Virus record (IMG/VR): IMGVR_UViG_3300014208_000038
Direction: 5' to 3' (one strand)
Origin: a virus
Lineage: Duplodnaviria > Heunggongvirae > Uroviricota > Caudoviricetes
DNA: 11,414 nucleotides
Below are positions 1-7,453 of the stretch, piece by piece. How positions within the stretch are numbered: the first letter of the stretch is position 1; each line of letters opens with the position of its first letter. The notes under the pieces were generated by a model. That model saw only the letters and a program-made list of their open reading frames with translations, was not told the DNA's origin and made no database searches. The position numbers were made by a program, and so were the translations under genes.

Positions 1-59
1 TGGATAAAATTATTGGAGTGGATTAGAACAAAAAATAAAATTGAAGGAGGAATTTAAGA

Positions 60-593
60 ATGGAAGCTCTTATCACTTTACAAGATCCAAATTTTGAACT
101 TATACTTAGTCGTCAAGTGGATTCTAATAGCAAAATGACATTATCAACAATTAGAATCCCTATTGAAGATATTCAAAAAATGATTGATACTGCTTTAGTA
201 GACCAAAATAAATTAATTCCTGTCAGATTCAATGAAGCAATAGATGAAGATGATTTTTATAATACTTTAGAGTTAAGAAAGTTAAATGATAAAATTTCTG
301 TAGCTCTACTTACAAATAAAGAAGGATTTTATTTTGAATTAGGAAGTGAAGTATTAAAATCAGGAATTGTTTATGGGCCAATTAGATTTAAAACTATATT
401 AAAAATTATGGACCTTAATTGGCCAATAGAAGTTTATTTACCTATAAGTTGTCAAGAGGAAGAATCTGAAGAAAATGATGAAGATCCTCTTAATGAAAAA
501 GAATTAAAAGCTAGTTTTAAAAAATTAAGTAGAGATGAGCAAGAACAACTTATGAAAGCTTTAGAGGAACAAGAAAAAAGAGGGGAAATTTAA
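60..593 (+). CDS. Hypothetical protein, 177 aa, with acidic C-terminal tract (QEEESEENDED)
   Basis: Open frame with AGGAGG ribosome-binding site about 9 nt upstream; stop TAA overlaps the next ATG (TAATG). No family recognised. Confidence 0.8.
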   Translation: MEALITLQDPNFELILSRQVDSNSKMTLSTIRIPIEDIQKMIDTALVDQNKLIPVRFNEAIDEDDFYNTLELRKLNDKISVALLTNKEGFYFELGSEVLKSGIVYGPIRFKTILKIMDLNWPIEVYLPISCQEEESEENDEDPLNEKELKASFKKLSRDEQEQLMKALEEQEKRGEI

Positions 594-829
594 TGCTTCT
601 AAAACCACAAGATTCTTTTCCTAAAGAATTATGGATAAAATATGCTTTGGAATTAGAGAAGCAAAATAAACTTCTAAAATCACATCTTCTTATAAAAACA
701 TGTGAAAAAATTTATTGGTCTTTATTTAAATGTGGGAGAGAAATAGGAGAAAAACTAACTCCTATCCACTATAGTAATGAAGCTTGCAAAGAACTTGCCA
801 AAGAATTACCAGATATTTTTAGAGAATAG
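593..829 (+). CDS. Hypothetical protein, 78 aa
   Basis: TAATG coupling to the upstream ORF, GAGGGG upstream; fills the gap to the DHH gene exactly. Confidence 0.7.
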   Translation: MLLKPQDSFPKELWIKYALELEKQNKLLKSHLLIKTCEKIYWSLFKCGREIGEKLTPIHYSNEACKELAKELPDIFRE

Positions 830-841
830 GAGAAATTTAAT

Positions 842-1786
842 ATGAGTAAAGTATGGATAATACATCACAGTGAAGATATGGATGGGCAAAGTAGTGCCGC
901 CATAGCTTACAAATATGTTTTTGAGCATATAGTTGACAATAATTATAAAGATATAAATGTTCTTCCTATGTCATATGGAGATCCATTTGATTTTAGTCTA
1001 ATTGATATGAATAATGATCTGGTTATATTTGTAGATTTTGTGTTGCAACCATTTAATCAAATGTTAATGTTTGACGCGGAAAATCTAATAATTATTGATC
1101 ACCACAAAACTACAATAGAAAATCTAAAAAATCCTGACTTTAAGCCAGATGGATTAATTGGTGATTTAGATAATAAAATGAGTGCTGCCGAATTAGCTTG
1201 GAAATTTTTCTTTCCTAATATTACCGTGCCTATGTTTATCCAATATGTTTCTCTTTATGATACTTGGCAGAAGAACTCTATGGACTTAGAAATGTGGACT
1301 CAAATTATGGGTTTTAACGAAGGTATAAAGACTTCTCTAGGTAATTTTGACCAAGATAAAACTTCTTGGCTAGATATAATTAATTGGTCAATATCTGACC
1401 AAAATAGTGAAGAATTCAAAGCTTATGTATCTTGGATGTTAGAAACTCAGAGATGGGGAAATTTTATTTTGAAACAAAAAATACAAGCAAATAATGATAT
1501 AATTGCTAAAAATAGTTTTGTTACAGAATTTAAAGGGCATAAAATTTTAGCCTTAAATAGAGATATGGCAAATTTTATGACTGATTCTCCAACTTGGAAA
1601 GAGGGAAAGTTTGATATAGCAATTTGTTTTGCCTGGAATGGAGGAAAACAAAATAGTTATACTGTTCATATGAGGACAGATAAAAAGGAAATTGACCTTT
1701 CTGAGATTGCTAAAAAATATAAGGGTGGAGGACATGCTGGCGCGTCGGGATTTCAATCTAAAAAGTTACCTTTTAAATTAGGATAA
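842..1786 (+). CDS. DHH/DHHA1-family phosphoesterase (NrnA/NrnB-like nano-RNase type)
   Basis: Motif I HHSEDMDG, motif II FVDF, motif III IIIDHH, SAAEL, LYDTW, and C-terminal DHHA1 signature GGGHAGASGF; GGAG RBS. Confidence 0.92.
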   Translation: MSKVWIIHHSEDMDGQSSAAIAYKYVFEHIVDNNYKDINVLPMSYGDPFDFSLIDMNNDLVIFVDFVLQPFNQMLMFDAENLIIIDHHKTTIENLKNPDFKPDGLIGDLDNKMSAAELAWKFFFPNITVPMFIQYVSLYDTWQKNSMDLEMWTQIMGFNEGIKTSLGNFDQDKTSWLDIINWSISDQNSEEFKAYVSWMLETQRWGNFILKQKIQANNDIIAKNSFVTEFKGHKILALNRDMANFMTDSPTWKEGKFDIAICFAWNGGKQNSYTVHMRTDKKEIDLSEIAKKYKGGGHAGASGFQSKKLPFKLG

Positions 1787-1803
1787 AAATTATAGAGGTA
1801 AAT

Positions 1804-2112
1804 ATGGTTCTTCTATTAAAAGATAAATTTATTCCTGAAAAATGGAATAGATGTAGCAATGAGATAAAGATGGAAGTAGCTATTAAGTTATTAGGAAAAA
1901 TGGCTTATTTCACAAATATAGTGGACGAAACTGGAATGGATTCAAAAGAAGCTCATTCTGCTCAAAATAGATTAATGGATTTAGGGAATATTCAAAGTAA
2001 TGGTGGAGAATGGATAAAATTTGAAACTTCGTGGAAAAGAGTTCCAACTATTATAAATAAAAATGAAAATGAATTTTTAGATAAATTGATACCAGAATTG
2101 TTTGTTAAATAA
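1804..2112 (+). CDS. Hypothetical protein, 102 aa
   Basis: GAGGT RBS upstream of ATG 1804; co-oriented and tightly packed with neighbours. Confidence 0.75.
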   Translation: MVLLLKDKFIPEKWNRCSNEIKMEVAIKLLGKMAYFTNIVDETGMDSKEAHSAQNRLMDLGNIQSNGGEWIKFETSWKRVPTIINKNENEFLDKLIPELFVK

Positions 2113-2393
2113 AAATAGGAGACTAAAAAATATGAAAGAATTTATTCAATATTGGAAACAGACTGATGCCCCAAACGAGTTAAAAGATCTTTTACAATCA
2201 GGAGAATTTATCTCTTATATACCAAGAGATTATTTAAAAGATATGAAATTAGAAATGAAAGAAAATATAAAAATATTAATTAAAGAAGATTTAAAAAAAT
2301 ATAATGGTATAATTATTGTTTCTAAAATAGAACCAAAATTTAAATTATATAATGTAAATTTTAAAGAAATAAATAAAATAGGAGACTAAAAAA
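2112..2393 (+). repeat. 19-bp exact direct repeat AAAATAGGAGACTAAAAAA (2112-2130 and 2375-2393), each followed by (A)TATGA containing a start codon
   Basis: Read directly from the sequence; both copies contain the GGAG RBS and sit just before the ATGs at 2132 and 2396. Confidence 0.9.
2132..2389 (+). CDS. Hypothetical protein, 85 aa (start moved from 2102 to ATG 2132)
   Basis: ATG 2132 follows GGAG in the same leader sequence that precedes the NADAR ATG; this avoids overlap with the upstream ORF. Confidence 0.75.
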   Translation: MKEFIQYWKQTDAPNELKDLLQSGEFISYIPRDYLKDMKLEMKENIKILIKEDLKKYNGIIIVSKIEPKFKLYNVNFKEINKIGD

Positions 2394-2395
2394 AT

Positions 2396-2872
2396 ATGAT
2401 ACAAGAAATTAGATTCTATATTAGAGAAAATCCTTATGGATTTTTATCCAACTTTTGGCGGTCAGAGCAAAAGGAAGGTTATGCTATATTTAAAACCAAT
2501 GAACATTACTACCAAAGTCGAAAATCTAAGGATTTTGAATTAAGATATTGGATTGCTAACGCCCCAACAGCTTATGCTGCAATGATAGCTGGAAGAAGTC
2601 TTAAACCAAGTGAAATAACAGAAGATTGGGAGAATAAAAAAGTAGATGTAATGAGAAAAGGTTTGATTTCAAAATTTAGTCAAAATGTTTTATTAGAACA
2701 AGCTTTATTAAAAACAGGAGATTCTATTCTAATTGAAGATAGTCCGACTGATATGTTTTGGGGAGGAAAACTAGAAGGAAGTAAAAATATGTTAGGAAAA
2801 CTTCTTATGGAGGTTAGAGAAGAACTGAGAAAAGATTTAGAGGAATCTATTAAAAAAGAAATAACTCCATAA
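2396..2872 (+). CDS. NADAR-family protein (YbiA/RibX-like N-glycosidase fold)
   Basis: Family motifs YGFLSNFW, EHYYQSRK, W..KKVDVM...L..KF.QN, LLKTGDSILIEDSPTDMFWG, NMLGKLLMEVREEL. Confidence 0.92.
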   Translation: MIQEIRFYIRENPYGFLSNFWRSEQKEGYAIFKTNEHYYQSRKSKDFELRYWIANAPTAYAAMIAGRSLKPSEITEDWENKKVDVMRKGLISKFSQNVLLEQALLKTGDSILIEDSPTDMFWGGKLEGSKNMLGKLLMEVREELRKDLEESIKKEITP

Positions 2873-2879
2873 TAAAAAG

Positions 2880-3017
2880 TTATTTCTTTCTCTTTTTAGA
2901 TTTTTCAGCTACAGAATAAGCTATAGCAATTGATTGCTTTTCAGGACGACCTTCTTTTCTTAAAGTAGCTATATTCTTTCCTATTACCTTTTTAGAGGAA
3001 CCTTTATTGAGAGGCGT
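2880..3017 (-). CDS. Small basic protein, 45 aa, (M)[44 protein letters not shown]; apparent ACG start
   Basis: Manually translated: ACG at 3015-3017, TAA at 2880-2882. Resembles small phage proteins of the MPLKKG.S...I..NI......G.P.KQA.AIA.S.A type (recalled pattern); the ACG sits exactly at the expected Met, after GGTGA. Confidence 0.65.
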   Translation of the reverse strand, partial: TPLNKGSSKKVIGKNIATLRKEGRPEKQSIAIAYSVAEKSKKRKK

Positions 3018-3023
3018 ATTAAA

Positions 3024-3149
3024 TCACCAATCAAACTTACCTTTAATTCCTTTTTCTTTTAGTTCAGACTTAATTCTCTTACCTTCGTCTTCAGTTTCAA
3101 AATTCTTTTCTATTTGTTTTTCATTTTCTGTATAAATTACTTTACCCAT
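3024..3149 (-). CDS. Small charged hypothetical protein, 41 aa, MGKVIYTENEKQIEKNFETEDEGKRIKSELKEKGIKGKFDW
   Basis: Manually translated; ATG 3147-3149 one nucleotide after the portal stop, GGTGA RBS 6 nt upstream, TGA at 3024-3026. Confidence 0.65.
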   Translation of the reverse strand: MGKVIYTENEKQIEKNFETEDEGKRIKSELKEKGIKGKFDW

Positions 3150-3150
3150 T

Positions 3151-4515
3151 TTAAATCACCTTTTTTCCATTTGATACTTTTTGAGCATTATCTTCTTGCA
3201 ATTTTTCTAAATCTTTGTCACCATTAACTACCTGATTCAAAGTTTTGTTTTTCTTTATAGCATCTGGAGTATTTAATGCCATATCTTTTAATTCTTCTTC
3301 TTCTAAATCTTCTAATTTTAACCCTTGCACCGAAGAATTTAACCAATTCCTTAATTCGGCAGCCTTAATTATTCCTATCAAAGATTTTGAAGTCATAATT
3401 TTTGCTTCAATTTCTGCATTTCTAGGAGCTACGGGCGCTGCAAGTAATTCAAATCGATAATCTCTTAAACTATATCCATTTAATTTAAGCCAATTATTTC
3501 CTTTAATATTTGCTGGTCTAATTACTTTTGCTCTCCAAAAATCTATAAACGAGAAAAAGATATCTTCCTTTGCTATATTACTGCTATTATCTAATATACC
3601 TCCACCTTCACCAGAGATTGCCGCAACAGGGAAAATAACTCTATACATCAATTTTTCGAAGAATTTAAAGAACTCAAGAATATCCTGTCTATTTTTATAA
3701 TCTGGAATTGAAACTTCAAAATTGTCAGGAAGCCCCATTTTTTGAACACTATTATGAGTTTGTAAATACTCTTTTGCAATAGCAGAATCTGAAGCGGTAG
3801 GATTAGTTATTTTTAATTCTTTTGGGTTAATTTGATCTCCCATAACAACGTGAATCATCTTGAATGCATTTTGAGCACCATCCAAGAATGGGATTATAAA
3901 TTCTAATACTCCGGGACCATCAGCATATTTTGCAGTTGTAGCAGCAACAGAAAAAATTTGATTTGAATTAAGCGGAGTAATTTTTGCTTGTCTAAAACCC
4001 TTTTGATTAACATTATATACTGTCTGATCATAATGAATTATGCCATCGGCTCGATACATTCCTTTCCAACGTTTAGAATCAGATTTAATATTAGAATTAA
4101 CAGGATTTAAAAATGTATCAGGAGGTCTTCTTTCCATTCCATATTCTAAATACATTTTATAATCTTTATCCCAATGGTACCCAAACTCTTGAACTCCTCT
4201 CCCTAACTCAAAACCATCAATTACTGCCATAATAGCATTTTCGATAAAACCAATATCATTTAAATTATCATTATAAATGGTTGTAAGATCTTTATCGATT
4301 TTTTTAGTTTTATTATTCCAAATTGTAGGATAAAATGGTTTACTAAAAGTAAGTTGAGCAATTGTGGAAGCCTCTGCCTCCACGAGAGGATTAAGGGTGG
4401 CTAAAACTAAATCTCTGTTGGGAATTTTTTTATTGAGAGCGGCATCTTCATTATAGGAAATAACAGAGCCAGACATCTTTCGTGAATACTTATTATTACC
4501 AGGAGTTTCATCCAT
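3151..4515 (-). CDS. Putative portal protein (DUF935/Mu gp29-like pattern), 454 aa
   Basis: Size and position near terminase; segments resembling portal motifs (AVIDGFELGRGVQEFGYHW, DGPGVLEFI, FFEKLMYRVIF, helical C-terminal third); GAGGT RBS. Subfamily assignment is inference. Confidence 0.78.
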   Translation of the reverse strand: MDETPGNNKYSRKMSGSVISYNEDAALNKKIPNRDLVLATLNPLVEAEASTIAQLTFSKPFYPTIWNNKTKKIDKDLTTIYNDNLNDIGFIENAIMAVIDGFELGRGVQEFGYHWDKDYKMYLEYGMERRPPDTFLNPVNSNIKSDSKRWKGMYRADGIIHYDQTVYNVNQKGFRQAKITPLNSNQIFSVAATTAKYADGPGVLEFIIPFLDGAQNAFKMIHVVMGDQINPKELKITNPTASDSAIAKEYLQTHNSVQKMGLPDNFEVSIPDYKNRQDILEFFKFFEKLMYRVIFPVAAISGEGGGILDNSSNIAKEDIFFSFIDFWRAKVIRPANIKGNNWLKLNGYSLRDYRFELLAAPVAPRNAEIEAKIMTSKSLIGIIKAAELRNWLNSSVQGLKLEDLEEEELKDMALNTPDAIKKNKTLNQVVNGDKDLEKLQEDNAQKVSNGKKVI

Positions 4516-4573
4516 TATATATTACCTCTAGATTTATTAATTTAAAATTTGAATTAAAATTTAACATTTAATA

Positions 4574-5014
4574 TTATTGGTCTATTCCCATAGCTTCCAT
4601 CCTATTTCTTTCTTCTTCTTCTTTTTTATGTTCTATTTCTGCTAATTTATCCAAAGGAAGCTCTATAGTAACATTTTTTTTTGAAGCTTGTTCTAAAATC
4701 AAATCCATTAATTCTGCTGGAGAATATTCTTTAGAATCTTTCTTATTCTTAATTTCTAATGTTTTATCTCCAAGGGACCAATCCTTGAGAACTTTTGCCA
4801 TTTGAACTACATCTTGTAAAATTAAATGTTGAAGTTCTAGATTAACATCACTAGTAATTAATCTTGTAGATTGTTTCCAAAATAGTCGAAGTATCTGAGC
4901 CTGAACCAATTTTAAATAATTTGAATCATCTGGTGAATCTATTACACCGGAACCTACCGCAAATTCTTTTGCAGAGTCAATTTCGTTTAAAATTCTATCA
5001 TTAGAATCAGACAT
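4574..5014 (-). CDS. Hypothetical alpha-helical protein, 146 aa; weak candidate for terminase small subunit
   Basis: GAGG RBS, 8-nt overlap with the upstream ORF; predicted helical pair followed by a short strand (KTLEIKN) and a charged tail; lies between terL and portal. ORF is well supported, function is speculative. Confidence 0.7.
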   Translation of the reverse strand: MSDSNDRILNEIDSAKEFAVGSGVIDSPDDSNYLKLVQAQILRLFWKQSTRLITSDVNLELQHLILQDVVQMAKVLKDWSLGDKTLEIKNKKDSKEYSPAELMDLILEQASKKNVTIELPLDKLAEIEHKKEEEERNRMEAMGIDQ

Positions 5015-5357
5015 CTTTTGATTCCTCTGGCCATTTACCTTCTGCTTGTAAAAGTAATTTTAAGTCAGAAACAGTCATTTGTTTTCTATCGGTTCCTAAA
5101 ACAATATCTGCTTTCCGATAAATTCCAATCATATCCCATAATTTTTGTTCCTTACCATGTCTAGAGGCTTTGCGCCCATACGCTTGCTCATAAGATATTC
5201 CAAAAAAATCACAAAGAAGAAAATCTACCAATCGACTTCTTGTTCCATTCCATTCTTTTTTTTGTAAAATTTCTTCTACAGGTTTGCAAATCCAAAATGT
5301 TCTTTGAGTTTTATACATCGAAGCATTAGGGTCAGGAGAACTTTGTTTAAATTTCAT
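5007..5357 (-). CDS. Putative DNA-binding protein, 116 aa (ribbon-helix-helix-like N-terminal part, SAP-like C-terminal motif)
   Basis: Starts 2 nt after the terL stop; RTFWI strand followed by two amphipathic helices (PVEEIL, RSRLVDFLLCDFF); C-terminal MTVSDLKLLLQAEG. Confidence 0.7.
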   Translation of the reverse strand: MKFKQSSPDPNASMYKTQRTFWICKPVEEILQKKEWNGTRSRLVDFLLCDFFGISYEQAYGRKASRHGKEQKLWDMIGIYRKADIVLGTDRKQMTVSDLKLLLQAEGKWPEESKDV

Positions 5358-5359
5358 AT

Positions 5360-6973
5360 TTAAAAATACCCTCTATAATATTTAGTTTGATCAAAATCAT
5401 CAACTTTGTATTTAGATCTAAGAGATAATACATTTCCGCTTTTCCCTTTTCGGATTGTATTAATAGCAACAAGGCCCACAGTTGTAAAAGATTCCCCATG
5501 ATTATCAGAAGATTCAACAATATCTAAATCTCCTTTTACAGCAAGGAAACCTCTTTTTTGTCTTTCATCATCCAACAACAGTAAATCTTGAGTACCAAAT
5601 AAATCTTCTAATTGAACTGCCATAGAATTTTTAAGGGGGCGAGATATTTTAAATGGGACTAACTCTGGAATTTTATTTTGTTCTAAGGTCTGTTCAAGTT
5701 CTCCTCTAGTATTATCGAAAAATATACTTCTAATTCCGAAAAAAAGAATGGATTCTTGGATATAAGATAATTGAGAGTATTTCCCACTATCTTTATCATA
5801 AGAATAATCCCATTTATCCATCCATTTAGATAATAGCTGTACTAATCTGGCACCTTCTTGCCTAAATACAACAAAATGAGCAGGATGTTTGGATTTTCCA
5901 GGATCATATCCCCCATAGCAATCTGTTCCTTTTATTAGAACATATTTTGGAGTCCGAGGTAAAGAAAAATCATAATTAAAAAGTTTTTCTCTGCGTCCCA
6001 ATTCCATATTTGTTTCTATTCTTTGCAAATTAAAGAATATATCTGCCGCAGTTCTAGGTTGACAAAGATACTCCTGCGCAAAAGATGCAGGATTCATTGT
6101 AGACTCAATAGAGAGCATATCTTCTAGCGCCCAGGCTTCCGGCCATATAGTTTGAATAGGCTTTCCTTCGGGACCATAAACATATACTGGTTCGATATTT
6201 GTTTTAAAGGTTCTTATTGCAGAAAGTCCAGGTTTCCATTGATATTTTTCTTGAAAAAATACATCACTAAAAGATTGAGGAGTACCGATTATATGCATTT
6301 CCCCATCTCTAGTTGGAATTGGGAATACAGCTTCTTCAAGAATACCATTAATTTTAATTACTGTATTTGGATCAGCACCAGCATTTTTATCCTTACGATC
6401 ATCTCTATAAGGATCATCAATAAAACAAAATTCAGAATGTTCTCCTCTTACGCCACCCATTATACCTAGGGCTTTTATACTTGTAATATGTTGCTCAGAT
6501 TGAGAAGCTCCTTTATTCCAAGTATATTCTGCAAGAGATTTTGCAGTACTATTATTATCTATTAAACCCCAGGCAGGAAAATTACTTTTCAAAACATACT
6601 GCTTAATGTTCCAAGTATGCATTTCTGCTAAATCTTGATTATAAGAAAAATAGTTTATACGAATATTCCTTTTATCATATAAATTTCTCCATATTTGCCA
6701 CATAATATAAGCATAAAAACGAACAGATTTAAAATGCTGACGAGGACCAACATACATGGTACGCCTGTTACTTTGTAACAGGTCTGCACAATGATAAACA
6801 TATGGACCAGAAATCCAAGAATTATATAATTTTTTAATAGCAACAGAAAAGATTTCATCTAAAAAACATTTAAAATCACTATAGGTTCTACTATAGAACT
6901 CCATTAGGGTTTTTTGGTTAGATTCGTTCCAACCCATTTTTTTGATAAAATCTAATCTGTTATCTTGTTTCAT
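5360..6973 (-). CDS. terL: Terminase large subunit, 537 aa
   Basis: Walker A variant YVGPRQHFKS, RGEH plus Walker B FCFIDDP, coupling motif IIGTP, FAQEYLC linker, RNase H-like nuclease acidic sites GYDPG, FFDNT and DNHGESF. Confidence 0.95.
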   Translation of the reverse strand: MKQDNRLDFIKKMGWNESNQKTLMEFYSRTYSDFKCFLDEIFSVAIKKLYNSWISGPYVYHCADLLQSNRRTMYVGPRQHFKSVRFYAYIMWQIWRNLYDKRNIRINYFSYNQDLAEMHTWNIKQYVLKSNFPAWGLIDNNSTAKSLAEYTWNKGASQSEQHITSIKALGIMGGVRGEHSEFCFIDDPYRDDRKDKNAGADPNTVIKINGILEEAVFPIPTRDGEMHIIGTPQSFSDVFFQEKYQWKPGLSAIRTFKTNIEPVYVYGPEGKPIQTIWPEAWALEDMLSIESTMNPASFAQEYLCQPRTAADIFFNLQRIETNMELGRREKLFNYDFSLPRTPKYVLIKGTDCYGGYDPGKSKHPAHFVVFRQEGARLVQLLSKWMDKWDYSYDKDSGKYSQLSYIQESILFFGIRSIFFDNTRGELEQTLEQNKIPELVPFKISRPLKNSMAVQLEDLFGTQDLLLLDDERQKRGFLAVKGDLDIVESSDNHGESFTTVGLVAINTIRKGKSGNVLSLRSKYKVDDFDQTKYYRGYF

Positions 6974-6976
6974 TTT

Positions 6977-7453
6977 CTATTTCCATATTTTTTTATTCCA
7001 ATATTTTTGGTCAACAGTTTCTGGATTAAGATTTTCATCTAAATAAACTGGTTCATAAAATGGTCTAGCTATTTGTTGCGCACTTATTATATGTCGCTTT
7101 TTAGGTTTTTCTGGAATAATTCTGCCTTTTCCCTTACTATATTTAGACAAAATTGCTTCTTTTTGATCCAATAATTTTTGTTGTGCTTCACTTATTGGTT
7201 TATTATTTATCTTGTTGTTTTCTTCGGAATATAATATTCCATTAAAAGCACTATTTAAATTTGCTTTTCCGTTAATAATACCTTGAATATGGGGAAAACC
7301 TAATGGAGAACTCATATATTCAATATCTATATCATCTCGAATATGATCTGGAAGTTCCCCATTAGGATCGATTATTCCACTTGGCCTTTGAGAATATTCT
7401 TTATATAATTCAGCTATTACTAATTTCCTCTGAATTCTTGTTGTCGAGAGGAA
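6977..7453 (-). CDS. Tail assembly chaperone 'T' segment: frameshift-accessed extension of the 7410..8012 ORF (predicted G-T fusion of 344 aa)
   Basis: The 112-aa track ORF frame stays open upstream of ATG 7315 to a TAG at 7460-7462, encoding FLSTTRIQRKLVIAELYKEYSQRPSGIIDPNGELPDHIRDDIDIEYM with no ATG/GTG/TTG; ATG 7315 lacks an RBS. The frame overlaps the end of the upstream ORF in +1. Confidence 0.68.
   Translation of the reverse strand, partial: FLSTTRIQRKLVIAELYKEYSQRPSGIIDPNGELPDHIRDDIDIEYMSSPLGFPHIQGIINGKANLNSAFNGILYSEENNKINNKPISEAQQKLLDQKEAILSKYSKGKGRIIPEKPKKRHIISAQQIARPFYEPVYLDENLNPETVDQKYWNKKIWK

Noticed and set aside
1553-1756. 67-aa - strand ORF
   Set aside because: Antisense shadow fully inside the well-supported DHH gene; no recognisable features.
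2102-2131. Track start at 2102 for the 95-aa ORF
   Set aside because: Overlaps the upstream stop and lacks an RBS; ATG 2132 has GGAG in the repeated leader.
3245-3460. 71-aa + strand ORF
   Set aside because: Ser/Phe-rich antisense shadow of the portal gene.
4541-4562. TTAAAATTT repeated twice upstream of the portal gene
   Set aside because: Pure A/T 9-mer in a nearly all-AT spacer; expected by chance and not clearly shared with other intergenic regions.
6152-6469. 105-aa + strand ORF
   Set aside because: Antisense shadow of terL.
6655-6858. Hydrophobic 67-aa ORF nested in terL, considered as a holin-like overlapping gene
   Set aside because: Shifted frames of AT-rich genes place T-rich third positions at codon position 2 and give hydrophobic sequence by default; no clear RBS or lysis context.
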